A stretch of DNA of 32,000 nucleotides, from assembly GCF_000195955.2 (NCBI RefSeq), contig NC_000962.3, positions 3,090,001 to 3,122,000 on the forward strand, given 5' to 3'. Position numbers and translations under genes: made by a program. The notes under the pieces are model-generated. The model worked only from the letters and a program-made list of their open reading frames with translations, was not told where the DNA came from and ran no database searches. The number at the start of each line of letters is the position of its first letter. The stretch's first letter is position 1. Below are positions 20,167 through 28,227 of the stretch, piece by piece. Source of the stretch: Mycobacterium tuberculosis H37Rv. Lineage in GTDB: Bacteria > Actinomycetota > Actinomycetes > Mycobacteriales > Mycobacteriaceae.

Positions 20167-20523
20167 CTACGACCATAAGTCGAGATGCAGTTTCAAAGCC
20201 TCATCGAGCTGGGCAAGTTCGGCGGCTGAAACTCGGCCGATTGGCCGGAGCAACCGCTCGGTAGCAATCGATCTGATTTGCTCGGCCTGCGCCTTGCAGT
20301 CGACCTGGAGACCAGTAGTGGTGGCCGACAACAACACCTGAAACGGATAGACCTTGGCGATGTTGCTCGTCACCGGCACGACGGTGATGACGCCGCGCCC
20401 AAGACGCGTGGCGGTCGCGTTGGCCCGGTCGTTGCTGACGACGACGGCGGGGCGCTGGTTGTTCGCTTCGCTACCTCGAGCGGGGTCGAGATCGACCTGC
20501 CAAATCTCACCGCGGCGCATCAC
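20167..20523 (-). CDS. mazF9: MazF-family endoribonuclease toxin, about 118 aa
   Basis: [37 protein letters not shown]...[18 protein letters not shown] extends to 20640; GTG 20523 or ATG 20520 is the likely start. Confidence 0.95.
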
Positions 20524-20737
20524 CGACTCCGTCGCCGACGGTCTGCTCCCACGCGTCCGTGTCGCCGGCTGCCGACCATTCTTGCCATGCGTTGGCATAG
20601 TCATCTTCGAGCGTGGGGTAGCGAAGCACGCGGATCGCATGCTGCAGGCCGGCGGAGCGGGATGGTAATCCCGCTCGTTTCACATATGCGTCCAGGATCG
20701 CGACGTCGTCATCGGACAGGCTCACGCTCAACTTCAC
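20507..20737 (-). CDS. mazE9: Cognate MazE-type antitoxin, 76 aa
   Basis: [38 protein letters not shown] (RHH-type), immediately upstream of and overlapping mazF9. Confidence 0.92.
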
Positions 20738-20779
20738 AACCTAAGATGCTACCAGGGTCGTACCTAGGTAGTAATAGGT

Positions 20780-21823
20780 TCAGCGGCTGGTCGCGCGCCA
20801 GTCGCGCAGCACTTCCTCGACGTGCTCACCCACCCGGTGCCGCGCCGTTTCCCGGTCGACACCCGACATCAGCAGTTCGTCGAACGAAGTGTCGATATGC
20901 CGCACCGACGCCGCGACGGCCAGCCTCACCGCTTCGGGATCGAGCGCCCGTCCGGCCGCGCTACGTCCGATCCTGCCGCTGCCGCGGGTGGCCGCGTGGC
21001 GGGCGATCGCCTCGGCCCGGCCGGCCGGGCAGTTCGGGAACAGCGTGCGAATCGCGGCGCCGAATTCGGCTTGCAGACGCAGGTCCTCGTTGGCCCGTCG
21101 CGCCTCGTCGCGCTCCCGGCGGCGGGCGCGCACCTCCGCATCGGCGAGGCACTCGTTTTCGGCGCGCTCCAGCGCCTCCGCCTCGACCAGGATGCCCTGA
21201 CGCTCGTATCGCTTACGCGCCCGGCTCCACCGCACCACCACCGCCGAAAGCCGGCTCGCCCGCTTGGCCCGGCGGGTAAGCGCGGCGTCCCCGGACGGCA
21301 AGAAGACCAGATGGCCAAGGTCCGCGCAGTCCAGGCACAACGGCCCCGCGTCCTCAAGGAACATCAGGTCACCGCTGCCGCCACACGACGCGCATGACCA
21401 GTCGTTGACCGGCATGATCACGACCAAATCGGGGCGCCGGCTCTGCCGCGCGACCGCACGCTCCGAGAGCTCCGGCGACACCCAATGCGTGCGATACGCG
21501 CGCTCGATGGCGTCCTCGCCGGTGACGCTGAACCGCAGCCGACGGCGGTCCCGAGTGCGAGCGACGTAATCGGTCTCCGACGGGTTGAGCCCCCGGTCGC
21601 GGGCCCAGCGCCGCAACGCGGCCATCACGGCGGTGATCTTGCTGAGGTTGGCCTGTACGACTTGCTCCAGCGAGTCGACGCGGCCCTGCCGCCACTGGTC
21701 GACATGCGAGGGCGCCAGCCAGCCCAGGCCGAGCAGCACATCGATCGCGCTGACGAACCGCTGTCGGGCCAGCGCCGCCTGCGCCGCCCGGGCCACCCGC
21801 TGCTCCAGAGGTTGACGTGCCAT
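20780..21823 (-). CDS. Arg/Ala-rich protein with zinc-binding CASCGG...CLDC segment and DUF2293-like C-terminus (Rv2802c-like)
   Basis: Full ORF 20780-21853; ATG at 21823 gives MARQPLEQRVARAAQAALARQRF; FPNCPAGRAEAIARHAATRGSGRIGRSAAGRALD. Confidence 0.75.
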   Translation of the reverse strand: MARQPLEQRVARAAQAALARQRFVSAIDVLLGLGWLAPSHVDQWRQGRVDSLEQVVQANLSKITAVMAALRRWARDRGLNPSETDYVARTRDRRRLRFSVTGEDAIERAYRTHWVSPELSERAVARQSRRPDLVVIMPVNDWSCASCGGSGDLMFLEDAGPLCLDCADLGHLVFLPSGDAALTRRAKRASRLSAVVVRWSRARKRYERQGILVEAEALERAENECLADAEVRARRRERDEARRANEDLRLQAEFGAAIRTLFPNCPAGRAEAIARHAATRGSGRIGRSAAGRALDPEAVRLAVAASVRHIDTSFDELLMSGVDRETARHRVGEHVEEVLRDWRATSR

Positions 21824-22013
21824 GACCTGCCCGAGCCTAGTCGGACTGCGCACCGAGGCCGCGGAACTGAGTTACTCCGACCAGCCGGACGCGCTCGGAG
21901 TGGCGATGCGCGAACGTCGGGAACAACAGAACCTCGTTCGGCCGCCACGGAGAAACGCTTCTCGCCGCATCAACACCGATCAGACGTCGACGAAGTACGT
22001 CTACATTACGTAC

Positions 22014-22289
22014 ATGCCCGAGACTCTGACTGGTCGCCTCAACTTCCGCCTGTCTCCTGAACAGGAGCAGGCCCTTCGCCACGCCGCCGCGCTCACCGGC
22101 CAGAGCCTGTCGGGGTTCGTATTGTCCGCCGCGGTCGACCACGCCCACGATCTCTTGGCCCGGGCCAACCGGATCGAGCTGTCCGAGGCCGCTTTCCGCC
22201 GCTTCGTCGCCGCGCTCGACGAGCCCGACGAGGCGGCTCCCGAATTGGTGCGCCTCGCCAGACGGAAGAGCCGCATTCCCCCCCATTGA
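22014..22289 (+). CDS. TacA/DUF1778-type antitoxin, about 91 aa (ORF open from 21822)
   Basis: MPETLTGRLNFRLSPEQEQALRHAAALTGQSLSGFVLSAAVDHAHDLLARANRIELSEAAFRRFVAALDEPDEAAPELVRLARR matches the typical DUF1778 layout and length. Confidence 0.88.
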   Translation: MPETLTGRLNFRLSPEQEQALRHAAALTGQSLSGFVLSAAVDHAHDLLARANRIELSEAAFRRFVAALDEPDEAAPELVRLARRKSRIPPH

Positions 22290-22794
22290 GCACCCCCGCG
22301 CTCGGCCCCGTCGAGCTGTTGGACCCGGACCGGCACGACACGGCGCGCTTCTCCAGCGATGTTGAGGTTCTCGACCACTGGCTGCGCCGAGTCGCGCCCG
22401 TCGCGGCTGCCGCCGGCACGGCCGCTACGTGGGTGCTCTGTCGAGGCCGGCGGGTAGTTGGGTTCTACGCGCTCGCCATGGGGAGCATCGAGCGGATCCG
22501 GGTGCCATCGCGGCCGGGCCGGGGCCAACCCGACCCGACCCGATCCCAGTGCTCGTCCTCGCTCGCCTGGCGCTCGACCGGCAGGAGCAAGGCACCGGTC
22601 TCGGTGGCGATCTTCTCCTCGATGCCCTCATCCGATCCGTGGCCGGTGCCCGGCACTACGGCGCCCGCGCCCTGGTCGTCGACGCCATCGACGACCGCGC
22701 CGCCGAGTTCTACGGTCACCACGGCTTCTTGCCCCTCGAGGGTCGACGCCTCTACCGGCGGATCAGCGACATCGCGCGGGCGCTGGGAGTATGA
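22286..22794 (+). pseudogene. GNAT acetyltransferase toxin (TacT-like), disrupted by a frameshift
   Basis: N-terminal half in one frame (PVELLDPDRHDTARFSSDVEVLDHWLRRVA...VVGFYALAMGSIERI), C-terminal half in another (PDPIPVLVLARLALDRQEQGTGLGGDLLLDALIRSVAGARHYGARALVVDAIDDRAAEFYGHHGFLPLEGRRLYRR). Confidence 0.88.
22528..22542. repeat. 5-bp tandem repeat ACCCG x3 at the frameshift point
   Basis: Reads ggccaACCCGACCCGACCCGatccc. Removing one copy restores a single 504-nt reading frame. Confidence 0.95.
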
Positions 22795-22880
22795 AGCGCT
22801 ATCGTCGCTTGGCGACGTGCTGCCGATCGATCGCCTCGAATGGCCTCGTTGTTGTTGTCGTCGGTGATGGGGAGGGGCAA

Positions 22881-23180
22881 CGGCAAGATTTTGGATCCGG
22901 TGGTGGCCACCACGGGGATGGGCCGCTCGACGGCGCGGCAGATGTTGACCGGCCCGAGGTTGCCGGGCCCGGCCGAGCAGGTCGACGGGCGTAGCCTTCG
23001 GCCTCGGGGCTTCAGCGACGAAGCCAGGGCGCTGCTGGAGCACGTGTGGGCCTTGATGGGCATGCCGTGCGGCAAGTACCTGGTGGTCATGCATGACCTG
23101 TGGTTGCCGCTGTTGACCGCTGCCGGTGATCTTGACAAGCCGCTCGTCACCGAGGCGTCGGTGGCCGAGTTGAAGGCGAC
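22881..23180 (+). pseudogene. Partial duplicate of the downstream transposase gene N-terminal region
   Basis: KILDPVVATTGMGRSTARQMLTGPRLPGPAEQVDGRSLRPRGFSDEARALLEHVWALMGMPCGKYLVVM...VAELKA parallels 23639-23938 at a constant 758-nt offset. Confidence 0.88.
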
Positions 23181-23267
23181 AGCCCTACCAGGGGCGAATC
23201 GCATGCCGCACTGGGCCGCAGGGACACTCCCTGATGGCTTTCCAGCCCGGGCGGTGAGGACGCGCAC

Positions 23268-23459
23268 GTGAAAACCAACCCCCGGTACGGCCCGGCGTTC
23301 TACTCAGTGATGACGGTGTTGTTCCTGGCGCTGTTCGTGCTAAATGTGTGCACCCACGGCTCGACGCTGGGCCTGATCAGTACCGGAGGCCTCGCCGTGT
23401 TGATGGGCTACATCGGCTACCGGGGCTGGTCCGGCAAGCGCCATATCAACCGGCAATAG
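23268..23459 (+). CDS. Small predicted membrane protein, 63 aa (Rv2806-like)
   Basis: MKTNPRYGPAFYSVMTVLFLALFVLNVCTHGSTLGLISTGGLAVLMGYIGYRGW has two hydrophobic stretches. Confidence 0.5.
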   Translation: MKTNPRYGPAFYSVMTVLFLALFVLNVCTHGSTLGLISTGGLAVLMGYIGYRGWSGKRHINRQ

Positions 23460-23591
23460 CGATCATCGACCGGTTCCGGCACACCTGACCAGCGCCGTCG
23501 TCGGCCGCCAACCCCACGGCTCGTGTGCCAGCCGACGGTCACCGTGTCGCGGCGGCGGGACACGAGGAAACTGCCCACCAGCCACACCTAC

Positions 23592-23622
23592 TTCGCGCTC
23601 ACTTTTAAGTGAGGCACTTCGG
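23592..23622. repeat. Direct-repeat copy flanking the transposase on the left
   Basis: TTCGCGCTCACTTTTAAGTGAGGCACTTCGG matches 24858-24888 except at 3 positions; contains CTCAC...GTGAG palindromic arms. Confidence 0.85.
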
Positions 23623-23657
23623 CATCGAAGGCGGATAAGACCAAGATCCTGGATCGG

Positions 23658-24812
23658 GTGGTGTCCACCACCGGGATGGGTCGTTCGACGGCCCGGCGGA
23701 TGCTGACCGGCCCGGGGCTGCCGGAGCCGGCCGAGCAGGTCGACGGGCGCAGGCTGCGGGCGCGGGGCTTCAGTGACGACGCCAGGGCGCTTTTAGAGCA
23801 CGTGTGGGCCTTGATGGGCATGCCGTGCGGCAAGTACCTGGTGGTGATGCTCGAGCTGTGGCTGCCGCTTGAGGCCGCCGCCGGTGATCTTGACAAGCCG
23901 TTCGCCACCGAAGCGGCGGTGGCGGAGTTGAAGGCGATGAGCGCGGCCACCGTGGACCGCTACCTCAAACCCGCCCGCGAGCGGATGCGCATCAAAGGCA
24001 TCTCGACAACCAAACCCTCACCATTGCTGCGTAATTCGATCACCATCCACACCTGTTCGGATGAGGCGCCCAAGGTCCCGGGGGTGATCGAGGCCGACAC
24101 TGTGGCGCACTGCGGCCCGAGTCTAATCGGCGAGTTCGCCCGCACCCTGACGATGACTGATCTGGTGACCGGCTGGACCGAGAACGCCTCGATCCGCAAC
24201 AACGCGGCCAAGTGGATCCTCGAGGGCATCAAGGAGTGCCAGCAGCGGTTCCCATTCCCGATGACGGTTTTCGATTCGGACTGCGGGGGCGAGTTCATCA
24301 ATCACGACGTCGCCGGCTGGCTGCAGGCCCGCGACATCGCCCAGACTCGCTCGCGGCCGTACCAGAAGAACGACCAGGCCCATGTCGAGTCCAAGAACAA
24401 TCATGTGGTGCGCAAACACGCGTTCTACTGGCGCTATGACACCGGCGAAGAGCTGGAGCTGCTCAACCGGCTATGGCCGTTGGTGTCGCTGCGGTGCAAC
24501 TTCTTCACCCCGACCAAAAAGCCCGTCGGCTACACCAGCACCGTCAACGGTCGCCGCAAGCGCATCTATGACAAGCCGGCCACCCCATGGCAGCGCCTGC
24601 AGGCATCGGGCGTCCTTGATGCACAGCAACTCTCGACCGTGGCCGCCCGAATCGAAGGCTTCAACCCGGCCGATCTGACCCGCCAGATCAACGCGATCCA
24701 AATGCAGCTGCTCGACCTGGCCAAGACCAAGACCGAGGCCCTGGCCACCGCCCGCCACATCGACCTGCAATCATTGCAACCGTCAATCAACCGATTGGCC
24801 AAGGCGAAGTAA
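23658..24812 (+). CDS. Transposase with integrase (rve/DDE) core, 384 aa (Rv2807-like); probably lacks its original N-terminus
   Basis: VIEADTVAHCG, MTVFDSDCGGEFINHD, YQKNDQAHVESKNNHVVRKH provide a DDE triad. Confidence 0.85.
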   Translation: MVSTTGMGRSTARRMLTGPGLPEPAEQVDGRRLRARGFSDDARALLEHVWALMGMPCGKYLVVMLELWLPLEAAAGDLDKPFATEAAVAELKAMSAATVDRYLKPARERMRIKGISTTKPSPLLRNSITIHTCSDEAPKVPGVIEADTVAHCGPSLIGEFARTLTMTDLVTGWTENASIRNNAAKWILEGIKECQQRFPFPMTVFDSDCGGEFINHDVAGWLQARDIAQTRSRPYQKNDQAHVESKNNHVVRKHAFYWRYDTGEELELLNRLWPLVSLRCNFFTPTKKPVGYTSTVNGRRKRIYDKPATPWQRLQASGVLDAQQLSTVAARIEGFNPADLTRQINAIQMQLLDLAKTKTEALATARHIDLQSLQPSINRLAKAK

Positions 24813-24826
24813 TGCAAGCCCCCCAC

Positions 24827-24888
24827 GCGCTCACTATGCGTGAGGCACCAGCCACGCTTCGCGCTCACTTCTACGTGAGGCACCTCGG
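24827..24888. repeat. Two copies of GCGCTCAC-n-GTGAGGCACC flanking the transposase on the right
   Basis: GCGCTCACTATGCGTGAGGCACC at 24827-24849 and GCGCTCACTTCTACGTGAGGCACC at 24861-24884. Confidence 0.85.
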
Positions 24889-25049
24889 ATGCTGTTGCGA
24901 ATCCTGTTGGGCCGCCCCAGTTTAAAGTGGATGAGCTTGGTAGAGGCGCTTACGTGTACGTTGGGAAAGACGCAACAGTGGTCCTAAACAAAGATGGCCA
25001 AGTGGTAACCGCCTGGGCGAACAGCCGGGCTGGATGGAGAAATCCGTGA
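24888..25049 (+). pseudogene. Truncated C-terminus of a probable polymorphic-type toxin; no start codon remains
   Basis: Frame reads DAVANPVGPPQFKVDELGRGAYVYVGKDATVVLNKDGQVVTAWANSRAGWRNP*. The upstream stop at 24876 lies in the IS-end repeat, and the stop at 25047 overlaps the next gene's GTG. Confidence 0.5.
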
Positions 25050-25303
25050 GCAACGTTCTCGATGCTATTTCAACGGAGCACCGTCCCGTGATCGAGCAAG
25101 AATTAGAGAATCGTAATCCCGCTCTCTTCGACGAGCTTCGGCGCACAGAGAAGCCAACCAACGAACAGAGCGACGCTGTTATCGACGTGCTTTCCGACGC
25201 CTTGATGAAGACCTTTGGACCTGATTGGGTTCCGAATGATTATGGGTTGAAAATCGAACGAGCAATTGACGCATACTTAGAGACGTGGCCGATATACCGA
25301 TAA
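25046..25303 (+). CDS. Small acidic protein, 85 aa (Rv2808-like); candidate orphan immunity protein
   Basis: SNVLDAISTEHRPVIEQELENRNPALFDELRRTEKPTNEQSDAVIDVLSDALMKTFGPDWVPNDYGLKIERAIDAYLETWPIYR. GTG start overlaps the upstream TGA by 4 nt (GTGA). Confidence 0.6.
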   Translation: MSNVLDAISTEHRPVIEQELENRNPALFDELRRTEKPTNEQSDAVIDVLSDALMKTFGPDWVPNDYGLKIERAIDAYLETWPIYR

Positions 25304-25407
25304 TCGCTTGACACCAACTATTGCCAGCACCAGGCGCCTACCGTGCATCGGGAGCGCGGCCGGGCTGGTATTCGCGTGGGACTGAAGGAGCTTAGGCAGG
25401 AACGCAC

Positions 25408-25719
25408 ATGACGTACGCAGCCAGGGACGATACGACGCTCCCCAAACTGCTCGCACAGATGCGGTGGGTGGTGCTGGTGGACAAGCGTCAGCTCGCGGTG
25501 CTGCTGCTAGAGAACGAGGGACCGGTCGCTTCCGCGACGGACACGTTGGATACGCGCGGTGATAGCGACTATGAAAACCAGCCGGTCGACGCAGTGGAGC
25601 GGCTATGTCGGCGTTTGGCTGACCAGGCGGTGCGTCAGTGGGGTTTTATGCAGGGCCTCAAGCAGAAGCTCGGACCAGGTGTCGACGTGCGGATGAAGCT
25701 GGTGGAGTGGAACCGATGA
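25408..25719 (+). CDS. Small hypothetical protein, 103 aa (Rv2809-like)
   Basis: ORF MTYAARDDTTLPKLLAQMRWVVLVDKRQLAVLLLENEGPVASATDTL; not recognised by family. Confidence 0.55.
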   Translation: MTYAARDDTTLPKLLAQMRWVVLVDKRQLAVLLLENEGPVASATDTLDTRGDSDYENQPVDAVERLCRRLADQAVRQWGFMQGLKQKLGPGVDVRMKLVEWNR

Positions 25720-25740
25720 GCTTTAATGGCTCTTCCGGAA

Positions 25741-26070
25741 TCAGAGTGCATGGATCAGCTGAGCCAGGTTGCCGCAGTGCAGTAGTGAACGGATTCGGTA
25801 GTGGGTGAGGTTTCTGAATCCGAGGGCGTTACGGCATAGGGCTTCCAGTCGTCCGTTGATGGCTTCGGTGGGCCCGTTGGACGCGTGGTGGTCGAAGTAG
25901 GCCAGCACATCGTGGCGGCAGCGCCACAGGGTGCGGCCTAGTTTGGCCAGTTCCTCTAGTACGACAGGGACACCGGTTCCGGCGCTGACGGTGAGCAGCG
26001 CGGGGGCTTGCCGTACCCGGGTTTGTTGTTTGTAGTGCCGGGGCGGCTCGGTGATCAGGTCATTGGTAGG
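25741..26070 (-). pseudogene. C-terminal remnant of an ISL3-family transposase (IS1555/Rv2810c-like)
   Basis: Reverse-strand translation reads VLEELAKLGRTLWRCRHDVLAYFDHHASNGPTEAINGRLEALCRNALGFRNLTHYRIRSLLHCGNLAQLIHAL*, the ISL3 C-terminal signature. The 5' boundary is approximate. Confidence 0.85.
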
Positions 26071-26073
26071 CGA

Positions 26074-26116
26074 CGGCCCTCCCGTCGTCTCTTGCCGGAG
26101 TGCTACGGGAGGGCCG
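26074..26116. promoter_or_regulatory. 12-bp perfect inverted repeat, hairpin candidate ahead of the zinc-ribbon gene
   Basis: CGGCCCTCCCGT (26074-26085) / ACGGGAGGGCCG (26105-26116), 19-nt loop. Confidence 0.4.
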
Positions 26117-26747
26117 CCTGTGTGCGCTTGGAGGCGCAGTGGTCACCGTAGAAGCAGATGTCGATCAAGTCGAGCGTCGGCTGGCGGCCGGTGAGCTGAG
26201 CTGCCCGTCTTGCGGGGGTGTGCTGGCGGGCTGGGGCCGGGCTCGGTCGCGGCAGTTACGCGGCCCGGCTGGTCCGGTGGAGTTGTGCCCGCGTCGGTCG
26301 CGGTGCACCGGGTGCGGGGTGACGCATGTGTTGTTGCCGGTGAGCGCGTTGCTGCGCCGCGCCGACACGGCGGCGGTGATCGTGTCGGCGCTGGCGGCGA
26401 AGGCCACCAGCCGGGTCGGGTTCCGCCGGATCGCCACGGATGTGGCTCGCCCGGCGGAGACGGTGCGGGGCTGGCTGCGCCGGTTTGCCGAGCGTGTCGA
26501 GGCGGTGCGGTCGGTGTTCACGGTGTGGCTGTGCGCGGTCGATGCCGATCCGGTGATGCCGGATGCAGGTGGCGGCGGGTTCGTCGATGCGGTGGTGGCG
26601 ATCGGCGCGCTCGCAGCTGCCATCGGGCGCCGGTTTTCGCTGCCCACGGTGTCGCTGGCTGAGACCGCGGTAGCGGTGTCAGGTGGGCGGTTGTTGGCGC
26701 CGGGCTGGCCCGGCGAGTGGGTGCAACACGAGTCGACCCTGCCGTAG
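26100..26747 (+). CDS. Zinc-ribbon/helix-turn-helix protein (DUF6431-like; Rv2811-like), up to 215 aa, start uncertain
   Basis: LSCPSCGGVLAGWGRARSRQLRGPAGPVELCPRRSRCTGCGVTHVLLPVSALLRRADTAAVIVSALAAKATSRVGFRRIATDVARPAETVRGWLRRFAERVE. Confidence 0.65.
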   Translation: MLREGRLCALGGAVVTVEADVDQVERRLAAGELSCPSCGGVLAGWGRARSRQLRGPAGPVELCPRRSRCTGCGVTHVLLPVSALLRRADTAAVIVSALAAKATSRVGFRRIATDVARPAETVRGWLRRFAERVEAVRSVFTVWLCAVDADPVMPDAGGGGFVDAVVAIGALAAAIGRRFSLPTVSLAETAVAVSGGRLLAPGWPGEWVQHESTLP

Positions 26748-26817
26748 CCGTCGATCGGGCCGTAAACCTGTGCGCTGTCGTGTGTTTTGACAGACAGCAA
26801 ATGGAAAGGAGCGGCCG

Positions 26818-28227
26818 GTGGCGGTCGGCGATGACGAGGAGAAGGTGCGCGCGGAGCGCGCGAGGGCGATCGGGTTGTTTCGCTACCAGTTGATTTGGGA
26901 GGCCGCCGATGCGGCGCATTCCACCAAGCAGCGGGGAAAGATGGTGCGCGAGTTGGCCTCACGCGAGCACACCGATCCGTTCGGGCGGCGGGTGCGCATC
27001 AGCCGCCAAACCATCGACCGCTGGATCCGGGGCTGGCGGGCCGGCGGGTTCGACGCGCTGGTGCCCAACCCACGCCAGTGCACACCGCGTACCCCGGCCG
27101 AGGTGCTGGAGCTGGCGGTGGCGCTGCGGCGGGAAAACCCGCAGCGCACGGCGGCGGCAATCCGGCGGATCCTGCGTACCCAGTTGGGCTGGGCGCCCGA
27201 TGAACGCACCCTGCAACGCAACTTCCACCGGCTCGGGCTCACCGGCGCCACCACCGGGTCGGCGCCGGCGGTGTTCGGCCGGTTCGAAGCCGAGCACCCG
27301 AACGCCCTGTGGACCGGGGATGTGTTGCACGGCATACGGATTGATCTCCGCAAGACCTATCTGTTCGCGTTCTTAGACGACCATTCCCGGTTGGTGCCCG
27401 GCTACCGGTGGGGCCATGCCGAGGACACGGTGCGGCTGGCCGCCGCACTGCGCCCGGCGCTGGCCTCCCGCGGCGTGCCCAACGCGGTGTATGTCGATAA
27501 CGGCTCGCCCTATGTGGATGCGTGGTTGTTGCGGGCATGCGCGAAACTCGGTGTGCGCCTTGTTCATTCCACGCCAGGTCGGCCGCAAGGCAGGGGCAAG
27601 ATAGAGAGGTTCTTCCGCACCGTGCGCGAGCAGTTCCTGGTCGAGATCACCGGCGAACCCGACGTCGTCGGCCGACATTACGTCGCTGATCTGGCCGAGT
27701 TGAATCGGCTGTTTACGGCCTGGGTCGAAACGGTTTATCACCGCAGCGTGCATTCCGAAACCGGGCAGACCCCGCTGGCCCGCTGGTCAGCCGGCGGCCC
27801 CATCCCGCTGCCCGCCCCCGAGACGCTCACCGAGGCCTTCCTGTGGGAGGAGCACCGCCGCGTGACCAAGACCGCCACCGTCTCGCTGCACGGCAACCGC
27901 TACGAGATCGACCCGGCGCTGGTCGGCCGGAAAGTGGAGTTGGTGTTCGACCCGTTCGATTTGACCCGCATCGAGGTGCGGCTGGCCGGCGCGCCGATGA
28001 GGCGGGCCATTCCGTATCACATCGGGCGCCATTCACACCCGAAAGCCAAACCCGAAACCCCCACCGCACCGCCCAAACCCAGCGGCATCGACTACGCGCA
28101 GTTAATCGAGACCGCGCACGCAGCCGAACTCGCCCGCGGCGTCAACTACACCGCCCTCACCGGGGCTGCCGATCAGATCCCCGGCCAGCTCGACCTGCTC
28201 ACCGGCCAGGAGGCCCAACCGAAATGA
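26818..28227 (+). CDS. DDE transposase (IS1604/Rv2812-like), 469 aa
   Basis: HTH domains plus LWTGDVLHG...AVYVDNGSPYVDAWLL...GRPQGRGKIERFFRTVREQF...Mu-type C-terminal region; full-length ORF. Confidence 0.93.
   Translation: MAVGDDEEKVRAERARAIGLFRYQLIWEAADAAHSTKQRGKMVRELASREHTDPFGRRVRISRQTIDRWIRGWRAGGFDALVPNPRQCTPRTPAEVLELAVALRRENPQRTAAAIRRILRTQLGWAPDERTLQRNFHRLGLTGATTGSAPAVFGRFEAEHPNALWTGDVLHGIRIDLRKTYLFAFLDDHSRLVPGYRWGHAEDTVRLAAALRPALASRGVPNAVYVDNGSPYVDAWLLRACAKLGVRLVHSTPGRPQGRGKIERFFRTVREQFLVEITGEPDVVGRHYVADLAELNRLFTAWVETVYHRSVHSETGQTPLARWSAGGPIPLPAPETLTEAFLWEEHRRVTKTATVSLHGNRYEIDPALVGRKVELVFDPFDLTRIEVRLAGAPMRRAIPYHIGRHSHPKAKPETPTAPPKPSGIDYAQLIETAHAAELARGVNYTALTGAADQIPGQLDLLTGQEAQPK

Noticed and set aside
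26165-26962. 265-aa minus-strand ORF opposite the zinc-ribbon gene
   Set aside because: Thr/Pro/Arg-rich shadow ORF; the plus strand encodes a coherent zinc-ribbon/HTH protein.
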